Source: the human T2T-CHM13v2.0 reference genome, Homo sapiens
Assembly: GCF_009914755.1 (NCBI RefSeq)
Contig: NC_060925.1
Length of the DNA: 64,000 nucleotides
Strand: one strand, 5' to 3'
Shown here: piece after piece, positions 43,101 to 57,500 of the stretch
Numbering within the stretch: position 1 is the stretch's first letter
Layout of the letters: every line of letters begins with the position of its first letter
Notes under the pieces: model-generated
Databases searched by the model: none
Seen by the model: only the letters and a program-made list of their open reading frames with translations
What the model was told of the DNA's origin: nothing
Program-made: the position numbers and the translations under genes

Positions 43101-46100
43101 AAGTGGAGATTTCAGCCGCTTTGAGGTCAATGGTAGAATAGGAAATATCTTCCTATAAAAACTAGACAGAATGATTCTCAGAAACTCCTTTGTGATGTGT
43201 GCGTTCAACTCACAGAGTTTAACCTTTCTTTTCATAGAGCAGTTAGGAAACACTCTGTTTGTAAAGTCTGCAAGGGGATATTCAGACCTCTTTGAGGCTT
43301 TCGTTGGAAACGGGATTTCTTCATATTCTGCTAGACAGAAGAATTCTCAGAAACTTCCTTGTGTTGTGTGTATTCAACTCAGAGAGTTGAACGATCCTTT
43401 ACACAGAGCAGACTTGAAACACACTTTTTTTGGTATTTTCAAGTGGAGATTTCAGCCACTTTGAGGTCAATGGTAGAAAAGGAAATATCTTCGTATAAAA
43501 ACTAGACAGAATGATTCTCAGAAACTCCTTTGCGATGTGTGCGTTCAACTCACAGAGTTTAACCTTTCTTTTCATAGAGCAGTTAGGAAACACCCTGTTT
43601 GTAAAGTCTGCAAGGGGATATACAGACCTCTTTGAGGCCTTCGTTGGAAACGGGATTTCTTCATGTTATGCTAGACAGAAGAATTCTCAGTAACTTCCTT
43701 GTGTTGTGCGTATTCAACTCACAGAGTTGAACGATCCTTTACACAGAGCAGACTTGAAACACTCTTTTTATGGAATTAGCAAGTGGAGATTTCAGCCGCT
43801 TTGAGGTCAATGGTAGAATAGGAAATATCTTCCTATAGAAACTAGACAGAATGATTCTCAGAAACTCCTTTGTGATGTGTGCGTTCAACTCACAGAGTTG
43901 AACCTTTCTTTTCATAGAGCAGTTAGGAAACACTCTGTTTGTAAAGTCTGCAAGTGGATATTCAGACCTCTTTGAGGCTTTCGTTGGAAACGGGATTTCT
44001 TCATATTCTGCTAGACAGAAGAATTCTCAGAAATTTCCTTGTGTTGTGTGTATTCAACTCACAGAGTTGAACGATCCTTTACACAGAGCAGACTTGAAAC
44101 ACACTTTTTTTGGAATTTTCAAGTGGAGATTTCAGCCGCTTTGAGGTCAATGGTAGAAAAGGAAATATCTTCGTATAAAGAATAGACAGAATGATTCTCA
44201 GAAACCCCTTTGTGATGTGTGCGTTCCACTCACAGAGTTTAACCTTTCTTTTCATAGAGCAGTTAGGAAACACTCTGTTTGTAAAGTCTGCAAGGGGATA
44301 TTTAGACCTCTTTGAGGCCATCGTTGGAAGCGGGATTTCTTCATATTCTGCTAGACAGAAGAATTCTCAGTAACTTCTTTGTGTTGTGTGTATTCAACTC
44401 ACAGAGTTGAACGATGCTTTACACAGAGCAGACTTGAAACACTCTTTTTGTGGAATTTCAAGTGGAGATTTCAGCCGCTTTCAGGTCAATGGTAGAATAG
44501 GAAATATATTCCTATAGAAACTAGACAGAATGATTCTCAGAAACTCCTTTATGATGTGTGCATTCAACTCACAGAGTTTAACCTTTCTTTTCATAGAGCA
44601 GTTAGGAAACACTCTGTTTGTAAAGTCTGCAAGTGGATATTCAGACCTCTTTGAGGCTTTCGTTGGAAACGGCATTTCTTCATATTCTGCTAGACAGAAG
44701 AATTCTCAGAAACTTCCTTGTGTTGTGTGTATTCAACTCACAGAGTTGAACGATCCTTTACACAGAGCAGACTTGAAACACTCTTTTTGTGGAATTTGTA
44801 AGTGGAGATTTCAGCCGCTTTGAAGTCAATGGTAGAAAAGGAAATATCTTCGTATACAAACTAGAGAGAATGATTCTCAGAAACTCCTTTGTGATGTGTG
44901 CGTTCAACTCACAGAGTTTAACCTTTCTTTTCATAGAGCAGTTAGGAAACACTCTGTTTATAAAGACTGCAAGTGGATATTCAGACCCCTTTGAGGCCTT
45001 CGTTGGAAACGGGATTTCTTGATATTATGCTAGACAGAAGAATTCTCAATAACTTCCTTGTGTTGTGTGTATTCAACTCACAGAGTTGAACGATCCTTTA
45101 CACAGAGCAGACTTGAAACACTCTTGTTGTGGAATTTGCAAGTGGAGATTTCAGCCGCTTTGAGGTCAATGTTAGAATAGGAAATATCTTCCTATAGAAA
45201 CTAGACAGAATGATTCTCAGAAACTCCTTTGTGATGTGTGCGTTCAACTCACAGAGTTTAACCTTTCTTTTCATGGAGCAGTTAGGAAACACTCTGTTTG
45301 TAAAGTCTGCAAGGGGATATTCAGACCTCTTTGAGGCTTTCGTTGGAAACGGGATTTCTTCATATTCTGCTAGATAGAAGAATTCTCAGAAACTTCCTTG
45401 TGTTGTGTGTATTCAACTCACAGAGTTGAACGATCCTTTACACAGAGCAGACTTGAAACACACTTTTTTTGGTATTTTCAAGTGGAGATTTCAGCCACTT
45501 TGAGGTCAATGGTAGAAAAGGAAATATCTTCGTATAAATACTAGACAGAGTGATTCTCAGAAACTCCTTTGCGATGTGTGCGTTCAACTCACAGAGTTTA
45601 ACCTTTCTTTTCATAGAGCAGTTAGGAAACACTCTGTTTGTAAAGTCTGCAAGGGGATATTCAGACCTCTTTGAGGCCTTCGTTGGAAACGGGATTTCTT
45701 CATGTTATGCTAGACAGAAGAATTCTCAGTAACTTCCTTGTGTTGTGTGTATTCAACTCACAGAGTTGAACGATCCTTTACACAGAGCAGACTTGAAACA
45801 CTCTTTTTGTGGAATTTGCAAGTGGAGATTTCAGCCGCTTTGAGGTCAATGGTAGAATAGGAAATATCTTCCTATAGAAACTAGACAGAATGATTCTCAG
45901 AAACTCCTTTGTGATGTGTGCGTTCAACTCACAGAGTTTAACCTTTCTTTTCATAGAGCAGTTAGGAAACACGCTGTAATGTCTGCAAGTGGATATTCAG
46001 ACCTCTTTGAGGCTTTCGTTGGAAACTGGATTTCTTCATATTCTGCTAGACAGAAGAATTCTCAGAAACTTCATTGTGTTGTGTGTATTGAACTCACAGA

Positions 46101-49100
46101 GTTGAACGATCCTTTACACAGAGCAGACTTGAAGCACTCTTTTTGTGGAATTTGCAAGTGGAGATTTCAGCCGCTTTGAGGTCAATGGTAGAAAAAGAAA
46201 TATCTTCGTATAAAAATTAGACAGAATGATTCTCAGAAACTCCTTTGTGATGTTTGCGTTCAACTGACAGAGTTTAACCTTTCTTTTCATAGAGCAGTTA
46301 GGAAACACTCTGTTTGTAAAGTCTGCAAGTGGATATTCAGACCTCTTTGAGTCCTTCGTTGGAAACGGGATTTCTTCATATTCTGCTAGACAGAAGAATT
46401 CTCAGTAACTTCTTTGTGTTGTGTGTATTCAACTCACAGAGTTGAACGATCCTTTACACAGAGCAGACTTGAAACACTCTTTTTGTGGAATTTCAAGTGG
46501 AGATTTCAGCCGCTTTGAGGTCAATGGTAGAATAGGAAATATCTTCCTATAGAAACTAGACAGAATGATTCTCAGAAACTCCTTTGTGATGTGTGTGTTC
46601 AACTCACAGAGTTTAACCTTTCTTTCCATAGAGCAGTTAGGAAACACTCTGTTTGTAAAGTCTGCAAGTGGATATTCAGACCTCCTAGAGGCCTTCGTTG
46701 GAAACAGGATTTCTTCATATTATGCTAGACAGAAGAATTCTCAGTAACTTCCTTGTGTTGTGTGTATTCAACTCACAGAGTTGAACGATCCTTTACACAG
46801 AGCAGACTTGAAACACTCTTTTTGTGGAATTTGCAAGTGGAGATTTCAGCCGCTTTGAGGTCAATGGTAGAATAGGAAATATCTTCCTATAGAAACTAGA
46901 CAGAATGATTCTCAGAAACTCCTTTGTGATGAGTGCGTTCAACTCACAGAGTTTAACCTTTCTTTTCATAGAGCAGTTAGGAAACATTCTGTTTGTAAAG
47001 TCTGCAAGTGGATATTCAGACCTCTTTGAGGCTTTCGTTGGAAACGGGATTTCTTCATATTCTGCTAGACAGAAGAATTCTCAGAAACTTCCTTTTGTTG
47101 TGTGTATTCAACTCACAGAGTTGAACGATCCTTTACACAGAGCAGACTTGAAACACACTTTTTTTTGTATTTTCAAGTGGAGATTTCAGCCGCTTTGAGG
47201 TCAATGGTAGAAAAGGAAATATCTTCGTATAAAGACTAGACAGAATGATTCTCAGAAACTCCTTTGTGATGTGTGCGTTCAACACACAGAGTTTAACCTT
47301 TCTTTTCATAGAGCAGTTAGGAAACACTCTGTTTGTAAAGTCTGCAAGTGGATATTCAGACCTCTTTGAGGCTTTCGTTGGAAACGGGATTTCTTCATAT
47401 TCTGCTAGACAGAAGAATTCTCAGAAACTTCCTTGTGTTGTGTGTATTCAACTCACAGAGTTGAACGATCCTTTACACAGAGCAGACTTGAAACACACTT
47501 TTTTTGGAATTTTCAAGTGGAGATTTCAGCCGCTTTGAGGTCAATGGTAGAAAAGGAAATATCTTCGTATAAAGAATAGACAGAATGATTCTCAGAAACC
47601 CCTTTGTGATGTGTGCGTTCCACTCACAGAGTTTAACCTTTCTTTTCATAGAGCAGTTAGGAAACACTCTGTTTGTAAAGTCTGCAAGGGGATATTTAGA
47701 CCTCTTTGAGGCCTTCGTTGGAAACGGGATTTCTTCATATTCTGCTAGACAGAAGAATTCTCAGAAACTTCCTTGTGTTGTGTGTATTCAACTCACAGAG
47801 TTGAACGATCCTTTACACAGAGCAGACTTGAAACACTCTTGTTGTGGAATTTGCAAGTGGAGATTTCAGCCGCTTTGAGGTCAATGGTAGAATAGGAAAT
47901 ATCTTCCTATAGAAACTAGACAGAATGATTCTCAGAAACTCCTTTATGATGTGTGCATTCAACTCACAGAGTTTAACCTTTCTTTTCATAGAGCAGTTAG
48001 GAAACACTCTGTTTGTAAAGTCTGCAAGTGGATATTCAGACCTCTTTGAGGCTTTCGTTGGAAACGGGATTTCTTCATATTCTGCTAGACAGAAGAATTC
48101 TCAGAAACTTCCTTGTGTTGTGTGTATTCAACTCACAGAGTTGAACGATCCTTTACACAGAGCAGACTTGAAACACTCTTGTTGTGGAAATTGCAAGTGG
48201 AGATTTCAGCCGCTTTGAGGTCAATGGTAGAATAGGAAATATCTTCCTATAGAAACTAGACAGAATGATTCTCAGATACTCCTTTGTGATGTGTGCGTTC
48301 AACTCACAGAGTTTAACCTTTCTTTTCATGGAGCAGTTAGGAAACACTCTGTTTGTAATGTCTGCAAGGGGATATTCAGACCTCTTTGAGGCTTTCGTTG
48401 GAAACGGGATTTCTTCATATTCTGCTAGACAGAAGAATTCTCAGAAACTTCCTTGTGTTGTGTGTATTCAACTCACAGAGTTGAACGATCCTTTACACAG
48501 AGCAGACTTGAAACACAGTTTTTTTGGTATTTTCAAGTGGAGATTTCAGCCACTTTGAGGTAAATGGTAGAAAAGGAAATATCTTCGTATAAAAACTAGA
48601 CAGAATGATTCTCAGAAACTCCTTTGCGATGTGTGCGTTCAACTCACAGAGTTTAACCGTTCTTTTCATAGAGCAGTTAGGAAACACTCTGTTTGTAAAG
48701 CCTGCAAGGGGATATTCAGACCTCTTTGAAGCCTTCGTTGGAAACGGGATTTCTTCATGTTATGCTAGACAGAAGAATTCTCAGTAACTTCCTTGTGTTG
48801 TGTGTATTCAACTCACAGAGTTGAACGATCCTTTACACAGAGCAGACTTGAAACACTCTTTTTGTGGAATTTGCAAGTGGAGATTTCAGCCGCTTTGAGG
48901 TCAATGGTAGAATAGGAAATATCTTCCTATAGAAACTAGACAGAATGATTCTCAGAAACTCCTTTGTGATGTGTGCGTTCAACTCACAGAGTTTAACCTT
49001 TCTTTTCATAGAGCAGTTAGGAAACACTCTGTTTGTAAAGTCTGCAAGTGGATATTCAGACCTCTTTAAGGCCTTCGTTGGAAACGGGATTTCTTCATAT

Positions 49101-52100
49101 TCTGCTAGACAGAAGAATTCTCAGTAACTTCTTTGTGTTGTGTGTATTCAACTCACAGAGTTGAACGATCCTTTACACAGAGCAGACTTGAAACACTCTT
49201 TTTGTGGAATTTCAAGTGGAGATTTCAGCCGCTTTGAGGTCAATGGTAGAATAGGAAATATCTTCCTATAGAAACTAGACAGAATGATTCTCAGAAACTC
49301 CTTTATGATGTGTGCATTCAACTCACAGAGTTTAACCTTTCTTTTCATAGAGCAGTTAGGAAACACTCTGTTTGTAAAGTCTGCAAGTGGATATTCAGAC
49401 CTCTTTGAGGCTTTCGTTGGAAACGGGATTTCTTCATATTCTGCTAGACAGAAGAATTCTCAGAAACTTCCTTGTGTTGTGTGTATTCAACTCACAGAGT
49501 AGAACGATCCTTTACACAGAGCAGACTTGAAACACTCTTTTTGTGGAATTTGCAAGTGGAGATTTCAGCCGATTTGAAGTCAATGGTAGAAAGGGAAATA
49601 TCTTCGTATAGAAACTAGACAGAATGATTCTCAGAAACTCCTTTGTGATGTGTGCGTTCAACTCACAGAGTTTAACCTTTCTTTTCATAGAGCAGTTAGG
49701 AAACACTCTGTTTATAAAGTCTGCAAGTGGATATTCAGACCCCTTTGAGGCATTCGTTGGAAACGGGATTTCTTGATATTATGCTAGACAGAAGAATTCT
49801 CAATAACTTCCTTGTGTTGTGTGTATTCAACTCACAGAGTTGAACGATCCTTTACACAGAGCAGACTTGAAACACTCTTGTTGTGGAATTTGCAGGTGGA
49901 GATTTCAGCCTCTTTGAGGTCAATGGTAGAATAGGAAATATCTTCCTATAGAAACTACACAGAATGATTCTCAGAAACTCCTTTGTGATGTGTGCGTTCA
50001 ACTCACAGAGTTTAACCTTTCTTTTCATGGAGCAGTTAGGAAACACTCTGTTTGTAAAGTCTGCAAGGGGATATTCAGACCTCTTTGAGGCTTTCGTTGG
50101 AAACGGGATTTCTTCATATTCTGCTAGACAGAAGAATTCTCAGAAACTTCCTTGTGTTGTGTGTATTCAACTCACAGAGTTGAACGATCCTTTACACAGA
50201 GCAGACTTGAAACACACTTTTTTTGGTATTTTCAAGTGGAGATTTCAGCCAATTTGAGGTAAATGGTAGAAAAGGAAATATCTTCGTATAAAAACTAGAC
50301 AGAATGATTCTCAGAAACTCCTTTGCGATGTGTGCGTTCAACTCACAGAGTTTAACCTTTCTTTTCATAGAGCAGTTAGGAAACACTCTGTTTGTAAAGT
50401 CTGCAAGGGGATATTCAGACCTCTTTGAGGCCTTCGTTGGAAACGGGATTTCTTCATGTTATGCTAGACAGAAGAATTCTCAGTAACTTCCTTGTGTTGT
50501 GTGTATTCAACTCACAGAGTTGAACGATCCTTTACACAGAGCAGACTTGAAACACTCTGTTTGTGGAATTTGCAAGTGGAGATTTCAGCCGCTTTGAGGT
50601 CAATGGTAGAATAGGAAATATCTTCCTATAGAAACTAGACAGAATGATTCTCAGAAACTCCTTTGTGATGTGTGCGTTCAACTCACAGAGTTTAACCTTT
50701 CTTTTCATAGAGCAGTTAGGAAACACTCTGTTTGTAAAGTCTGCAAGTGGATATTCAGACCTCTTTGAGGCTTTCGTTGGAAACGGGATTTCTTCATATT
50801 CTGCTAGACAGAAGAATTCTCAGAAACTTCCTTGTGTTGTGTGTCTTCAACTCACAGAGTTGAACGATCCTTTACACATAGCAGACTTGAAACACACTTT
50901 TTTTGGTATTTTCAAGTGGAGATTTCAGCCGCTTTGAGGTCAATGGTAGAAAAGGAAATATCTTCGTATAAAGACTAGACAGAATGATTCTCAGAAACTC
51001 CTTTGTGATGTGTGCGTTCAACTCACAGAGTTTAACGTTTCTTTTCATAGAGCAGTTAGGAAACACTCTGTTTGTAAAGTCTGCAAGGGGATATTCAGAC
51101 CTCTCTGAGGCCTTCGTTGGAAACGGGATTTCTTCATATTCTGCTTCACAGAAGAATTCTCAGTAACTTCCTTGTGTTGTGTGTATTCAACTCACAGAGT
51201 TGAACGATCCTTTACACAGAGCAGACTTGAAGCACTCTTTTTGTGGAATTTGCAAGTGGAGATTTCAGCCGCTTTGAGGTCAATGGTAGAAAAAGAAATA
51301 TCTTCGTATAAAAACTAGACAGAATGATTCTCAGAAACTCCTTTGTGATGTTTGCGTTCAACTGACAGAGTTTAAACTTTCTTTTCATAGAGCAGTTAGG
51401 AAACACTCTGTTTGTAAAGTCTGCAAGTGGATATTCAGACCTCTTTGAGGCCTTCGTTGGAAACAGGATTTCTTCATATTATGCTAGACAGAAGAATTCT
51501 CAGTAACTTCTTTGTGTTGTGTGTATTCAACTCACAGAGGTGAACGATCCTTTACACAGAGCAGACTTGAAACACTCTTTTTGTGGAATTTCAAGTGGAG
51601 ATTTCAGCCGCTTTGAGGTCAATGGTAGAATAGGAAATATCTTCCTATAGAAACTAGACAGAATGATTCTCAGAAACTCCTTTGTGATGTGTGCGTTCAA
51701 CTCACAGAGTTTAACCTTTCTCTCCATTGAGCAGTTAGGAAACACTCTGTTTGTAAAGTCTGCAAGTGGATATTCAGACCTCCTAGAGGCCTTCTTTGGA
51801 AACAGGCTTTCTTCATATTATGCTAGACAGAAGAATTCTCAGTAACTTCCTTGTGTTGTGTGTATTCAACTCACAGAGTTGAACGATCCTTTACACAGAG
51901 CAGACTTGAAACACTCTTGTTGTGGAATTTGCAAGTGGAGATTTCAGCCGCTTTGAGGTCAATGGTAGAAAAGGAAATATATTCGTATAAAGACTAGACA
52001 GAATGATTCTCAGAAACTCCTTTGTGATGTGTGCGTTCAACTCACACAGTTTAACCTTTCTTTCCATAGAGCAGTTAGGAAACACTCTGTTTGTAAAGTC

Positions 52101-53829
52101 TGCAAGTGGATATTCAGACCTCCTAGAGGCCTTCGTTGGAAACAGGATTTCTTCATATTATGCTAGACAGAAGAATTCTCAGTAACTTCCTTGTGTTGTG
52201 TGTATTCAACTCACAGAGTTGAACGATCCTTTACACAGAGCAGACTTGAAACACTCTTTTTGTGGAATTTGCAAGTGGAGATTTCAGCCGCTATGAGGTC
52301 AATGGTAGAATAGGAAATATCTTCCTATAGAAACTAGACAGAATGATTCTCAGAAACTCCTTTGTGATGAGTGCGTTCAACTCACAGAGTTTAACCTTTC
52401 TTTTCATAGAGCAGTTAGGAAACATTCTGTTTGTAAAGTCTGCAAGTGGATATTCAGACCTCTTTGAGGCTTTCGTTGGAAACGGGATTTCTTCATATTC
52501 TGCTAGACAGAAGAATTCTCAGAAACTTCCTTGTGTTGTGTGTATTCAACTCACAGAGTTGAACGATCCTTTACACAGAGCAGACTTGAAACACACTTTT
52601 TTTGGTATTTTCAAGTGGAGATTTCAGCAGCTTTGAGTTCAATGGTAGTAAAGGAAATATCTTCGTATAAAGACTAGACAGAATGATTCTCAGAAACTCC
52701 TTTGTGATGTGTGCGTTCAACACACAGAGTTTAACCTTTCTTTTCATAGAGCAGTTAGGAAACACTCTGTTTGTAAAGTCTGCAAGTGGATATTCAGACC
52801 TCTTTGAGGCTTTCGTTGGAAACGGGATTTCTTCATATTCTGCTAGACAGAAGAATTCTCAGAAACTTCCTTGTGTTGTGTGTATTCAACTCACAGAGTT
52901 GAACGATCCTTTACACAGAGCAGACTTGAAACACACTTTTTTTGGAATTTTCAAGTGGAGATTTCATCCGCTTTGAGGTCAATGGTAGAAAAGGAAATAT
53001 CTTCGTATAAAGAATAGACAGAATGATTCTCAGAAACCCCTTTGTGATGTGTGCGTTCCACTCACAGAGTTTAACCTTTCTTTTCATAGAGCAGTTAGGA
53101 AACACTCTGTTTGTAAAGTCTGCAAGGGGATATTTAGACCTCTTTGAGGCCTTCGTTGGAAACGGGATTTCTTCATATTCTGCTAGACAGAAGAATTCTC
53201 AGTAACTTCTTTGTGTTGTGTGTATTCAACTCACAGAGTTGAACGATCCTTTACACAGAGCAGACTTGAAACACTCTTTTTGTGGAATTTCAAGTGGAGA
53301 TTTCAGCCGCTTTGAGGTCAATGGTAGAATAGGAAATATCTTCCTATAGAAACTAGACAGAATGATTCTCAGAAACTCCTTTATGATGTGTGCATTCAAC
53401 TCACAGAGTTTAACCTTTCTTTTCATAGAGCAGTTAGGAAACACTCTGTTTGTAAAGTCTGCAAGTGGATATTCAGACCTCTTTGAGGCTTTCGTTGGAA
53501 ACGGGATTTCTTCATATTCTGCTAGACAGAAGAATTCTCAGAAACTTCCTTGTGTTGTGTGTATTCAACTCACAGAGTTGAACGATCCTTTACACAGAGC
53601 AGACTTGAAACACTCTTTTTGTGGAATTTGCAAGTGGAGATTTCAGCCGCTTTGAGGTCAATGGTAGAATAGGAAATATCTTCCTATAGAAACTAGACAG
53701 AATGATTCTCAGAAACTCCTTTGTGATGTGTGCGTTCAACTCACAGAGTTTAACCTTTCTTTTCATAGAGCAGTTAGGAAACACTCTGTTTGTAAAGTCT
53801 GCAAGTGGATATTCAGACCTCTTTAAGGC

Positions 53830-56800
53830 CTTCGTTGGAAACGGGATTTCTTCATATTCTGCTAGACAGAAGAATTCTCAGTAACTTCTTTGTGTTGTGT
53901 GTATTCAACTCACAGAGTTGAACGATCCTTTACACAGAGCAGACTTGAAACACTCTTTTTGTGGAATTTCAAGTGGAGATTTCAGCCGCTTTGAGGTCAA
54001 TGGTAGAATAGGAAATATCTTCCTATAGAAACTAGACAGAATGATTCTCAGAAACTCCTTTATGATGTGTGCATTCAACTCACAGAGTTTAACCTTTCTT
54101 TTCATAGAGCAGTTAGGAAACACTCTGTTTGTAAAGTCTGCAAGTGGATATTCAGACCTCTTTGAGGCTTTCGTTGGAAACGGGATTTCTTCATATTCTG
54201 CTAGACAGAAGAATTCTCAGAAACTTCCTTGTGTTGTGTGTATTCAACTCACAGAGTAGAACGATCCTTTACACAGAGCAGACTTGAAACACTCTTTTTG
54301 TGGAATTTGCAAGTGGAGATTTCAGCCGATTTGAAGTCAATGGTAGAAAGGGAAATATCTTCGTATAGAGACTAGACAGAATGATTCTCAGAAACTCCTT
54401 TGTGATGTGTGCGTTCAACTCACAGAGTTTAACCTTTCTTTTCATAGAGCAGTTAGCAAACACTCTGTTTATAAAGTCTGCAAGTGGATATTCAGACCTC
54501 TTTGAGGCCTTCGTTGGAAACGGGATTTCTTGATACTATGCTAGACAGAAGAATTCTCAATAACTTCCTTGTGTTGTGTGTATTCAACTCACAGAGTTGA
54601 ACGATCCTTTACACAGAGCAGACTTGAAACACTCTTGTTGTGGAATTTGCAAGTGGAGATTTCAGCCTCTTTGAGGTCAATGGTAGAATAGGAAATATCT
54701 TCCTATAGAAACTAGACAGAATGATTCTCAGAAACTCCTTTGTGATGTGTGTGTTCAACTCACAGAGTTTAACCTTTCTTTTCATGGAGCAGTTAGGAAA
54801 CACTCTGTTTGTAAAGTCTGCAAGGGGATATTCAGACCTCTTTGAGGCTTTCGTTGGAAACGGGATTTCTTCATATTCTGCTAGACAGAAGAATTCTCAG
54901 AAACTTCCTTGTGTTGTGTGTATTCAACTCACAGAGTTGAACGATCCTTTACACAGAGCAGACTTGAAACACACTTTTTTTGGTATTTTCAAGTGGAGAT
55001 TTCAGCCAATTTGAGGTAAATGGTAGAAAAGGAAATATCTTCGTATAAAAACTAGACAGAATGATTCTCAGAAACTCCTTTGCGATGTGTGCGTTCAACT
55101 CACAGAGTTTAACCTTTCTTTTCATAGAGCAGTTAGGAAACACGCTGTTTGTAAAGTCTGCAAGGGGATATTCAGACCTCTTTGAGGCCTTCGTTGGAAA
55201 CGGGATTTCTTCATGTTATGCTAGACAGAAGAATTCTCAGTAACTTCCTTGTGTTGTGTGTATTCAACTCACAGAGTTGAACGATCCTTTACACAGAGCA
55301 GACTTGAAACACTCTTTTTGTGGAATTTGCAAGTGGAGATTTCAGCCGCTTTGAGGTCAATGGTAGAATACGAAATATCTTCCTATAGAAACTAGACAGA
55401 ATGATTCTCAGAAACTCCTTTGTGATGTGTGCGTTCAACTCACAGAGTTTAACCTTTCTTTTCATAGAGCAGTTAGGAAACACTCTGTTTGTAAAGTCTG
55501 CAAGTGGATATTCAGACCTCTTTGAGGCTTTCGTTGGAAACGGGATTTCTTCATATTCTGCTAGACAGAAGAATTCTCAGAAACTTCCTTGTGTTGTGTG
55601 TATTCAACTCACAGAGTTGAACGATCCTTTACACATAGCAGACTTGAAACACACTTTTTTTGGTATTTTCAAGTGGAGATTTCAGCCGCTTTGAGGTCAA
55701 TGGTAGAAAAGGAAATATCTTCGTATAAAGACTAGACAGAATGATTCTCAGAAACTCCTTTGTGATGTGTGCGTTCAACTCACAGAGTTTAACGTTTCTT
55801 TTCATAGAGCAGTTAGGAAACACTCTGTTTGTAAAGTCTGCAAGGGGATATTCAGACCTCTCTGAGGCCTTCGTTGGAAACGGGATTTCTTCATATTCTG
55901 CTAGACAGAAGAATTCTCAGTAACTTCTTTGTGTTGTGTGTATTCAACTCACAGAGTTGAACGATCCTTTACACAGAGCAGACTTGAAACACTCTTTTTG
56001 TGGAATTTCAAGTGGAGATTTCAGCCGCTTTGAGGTCAATGGTAGAATAGGAAATATCTTCCTATAGAAACTAGACAGAATGATTCTCAGAAACTCCTTT
56101 ATGATGTGTGCATTCAACTCACAGAGTTTAACCTTTCTTTTCATAGAGCAGTTAGGAAACACTCTGTTTGTAAAGTCTGCAAGTGGATATTCAGACCTCT
56201 TTGAGGCTTTCGTTGGAAACGGGATTTCTTCATATTCTGCTAGACAGAAGAATTCTCAGAAACTTCCTTGTGTTGTGTGTATTCAACTCACAGAGTAGAA
56301 CGATCCTTTACACAGAGCAGACTTGAAACACTCTTTTTGTGGAATTTGCAAGTGGAGATTTCAGCCGATTTGAAGTCAATGGTAGAAAGGGAAATATCTT
56401 CGTATAGAGACTAGACAGAATGATTCTCAGAAACTCCTTTGTGATGTGTGCGTTCAACTCACAGAGTTTAACCTTTCTTTTCATAGAGCAGTTAGGAAAC
56501 ACTCTGTTTATAAAGTCTGCAAGTGGATATTCAGACCTCTTTGAGGCCTTCGTTGGAAACGGGATTTCTTGATACTATGCTAGACAGAAGAATTCTCAAT
56601 AACTTCCTTGTGTTGTGTGTATTCAACTCACAGAGTTGAACGATCCTTTACACAGAGCAGACTTGAAACACTCTTGTTGTGGAATTTGCAAGTGGAGATT
56701 TCAGCCTCTTTGAGGTCAATGGTAGAATAGGAAATATCTTCCTATAGAAACTAGACAGAATGATTCTCAGAAACTCCTTTGTGATGTGTGTGTTCAACTC

Positions 56801-57500
56801 ACAGAGTTTAACCTTTCTTTTCATGGAGCAGTTAGGAAACACTCTGTTTGTAAAGTCTGCAAGGGGATATTCAGACCTCTTTGAGGCTTTCGTTGGAAAC
56901 GGGATTTCTTCATATTCTGCTAGACAGAAGAATTCTCAGAAACTTCCTTGTGTTGTGTGTATTCAACTCACAGAGTTGAACGATCCTTTACACAGAGCAG
57001 ACTTGAAACACACTTTTTTTGGTATTTTCAAGTGGAGATTTCAGCCAATTTGAGGTAAATGGTAGAAAAGGAAATATCTTCGTATAAAAACTAGACAGAA
57101 TGATTCTCAGAAACTCCTTTGCGATGTGTGCGTTCAACTCACAGAGTTTAACCTTTCTTTTCATAGAGCAGTTAGGAAACACTCTGTTTGTAAAGTCTGC
57201 AAGGGGATATTCAGACCTCTTTGAGGCCTTCGTTGGAAACGGGATTTCTTCATGTTATGCTAGACAGAAGAATTCTCAGTAACTTCCTTGTGTTGTGTGT
57301 ATTCAACTCACAGAGTTGAACGATCCTTTACACAGAGCAGACTTGAAACACTCTTTTTGTGGAATTTGCAAGTGGAGATTTCAGCCGCTTTGAGGTCAAT
57401 GGTAGAATAGGAAATATCTTCCTATAGAAACTAGACAGAATGATTCTCAGAAACTCCTTTGTGATGTGTGCGTTCAACTCACAGAGTTTAACTTTTTTTT
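53830..57500 (+). repeat. 2039-bp (12-monomer) near-identical tandem duplication; boundaries approximate
   Basis: ORF offsets 53905/55944, 54269/56308, 54609/56648 and 54949/56988. Shared variants include gagtagaacg, tagagactag and tgatactatg. Confidence 0.85.
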
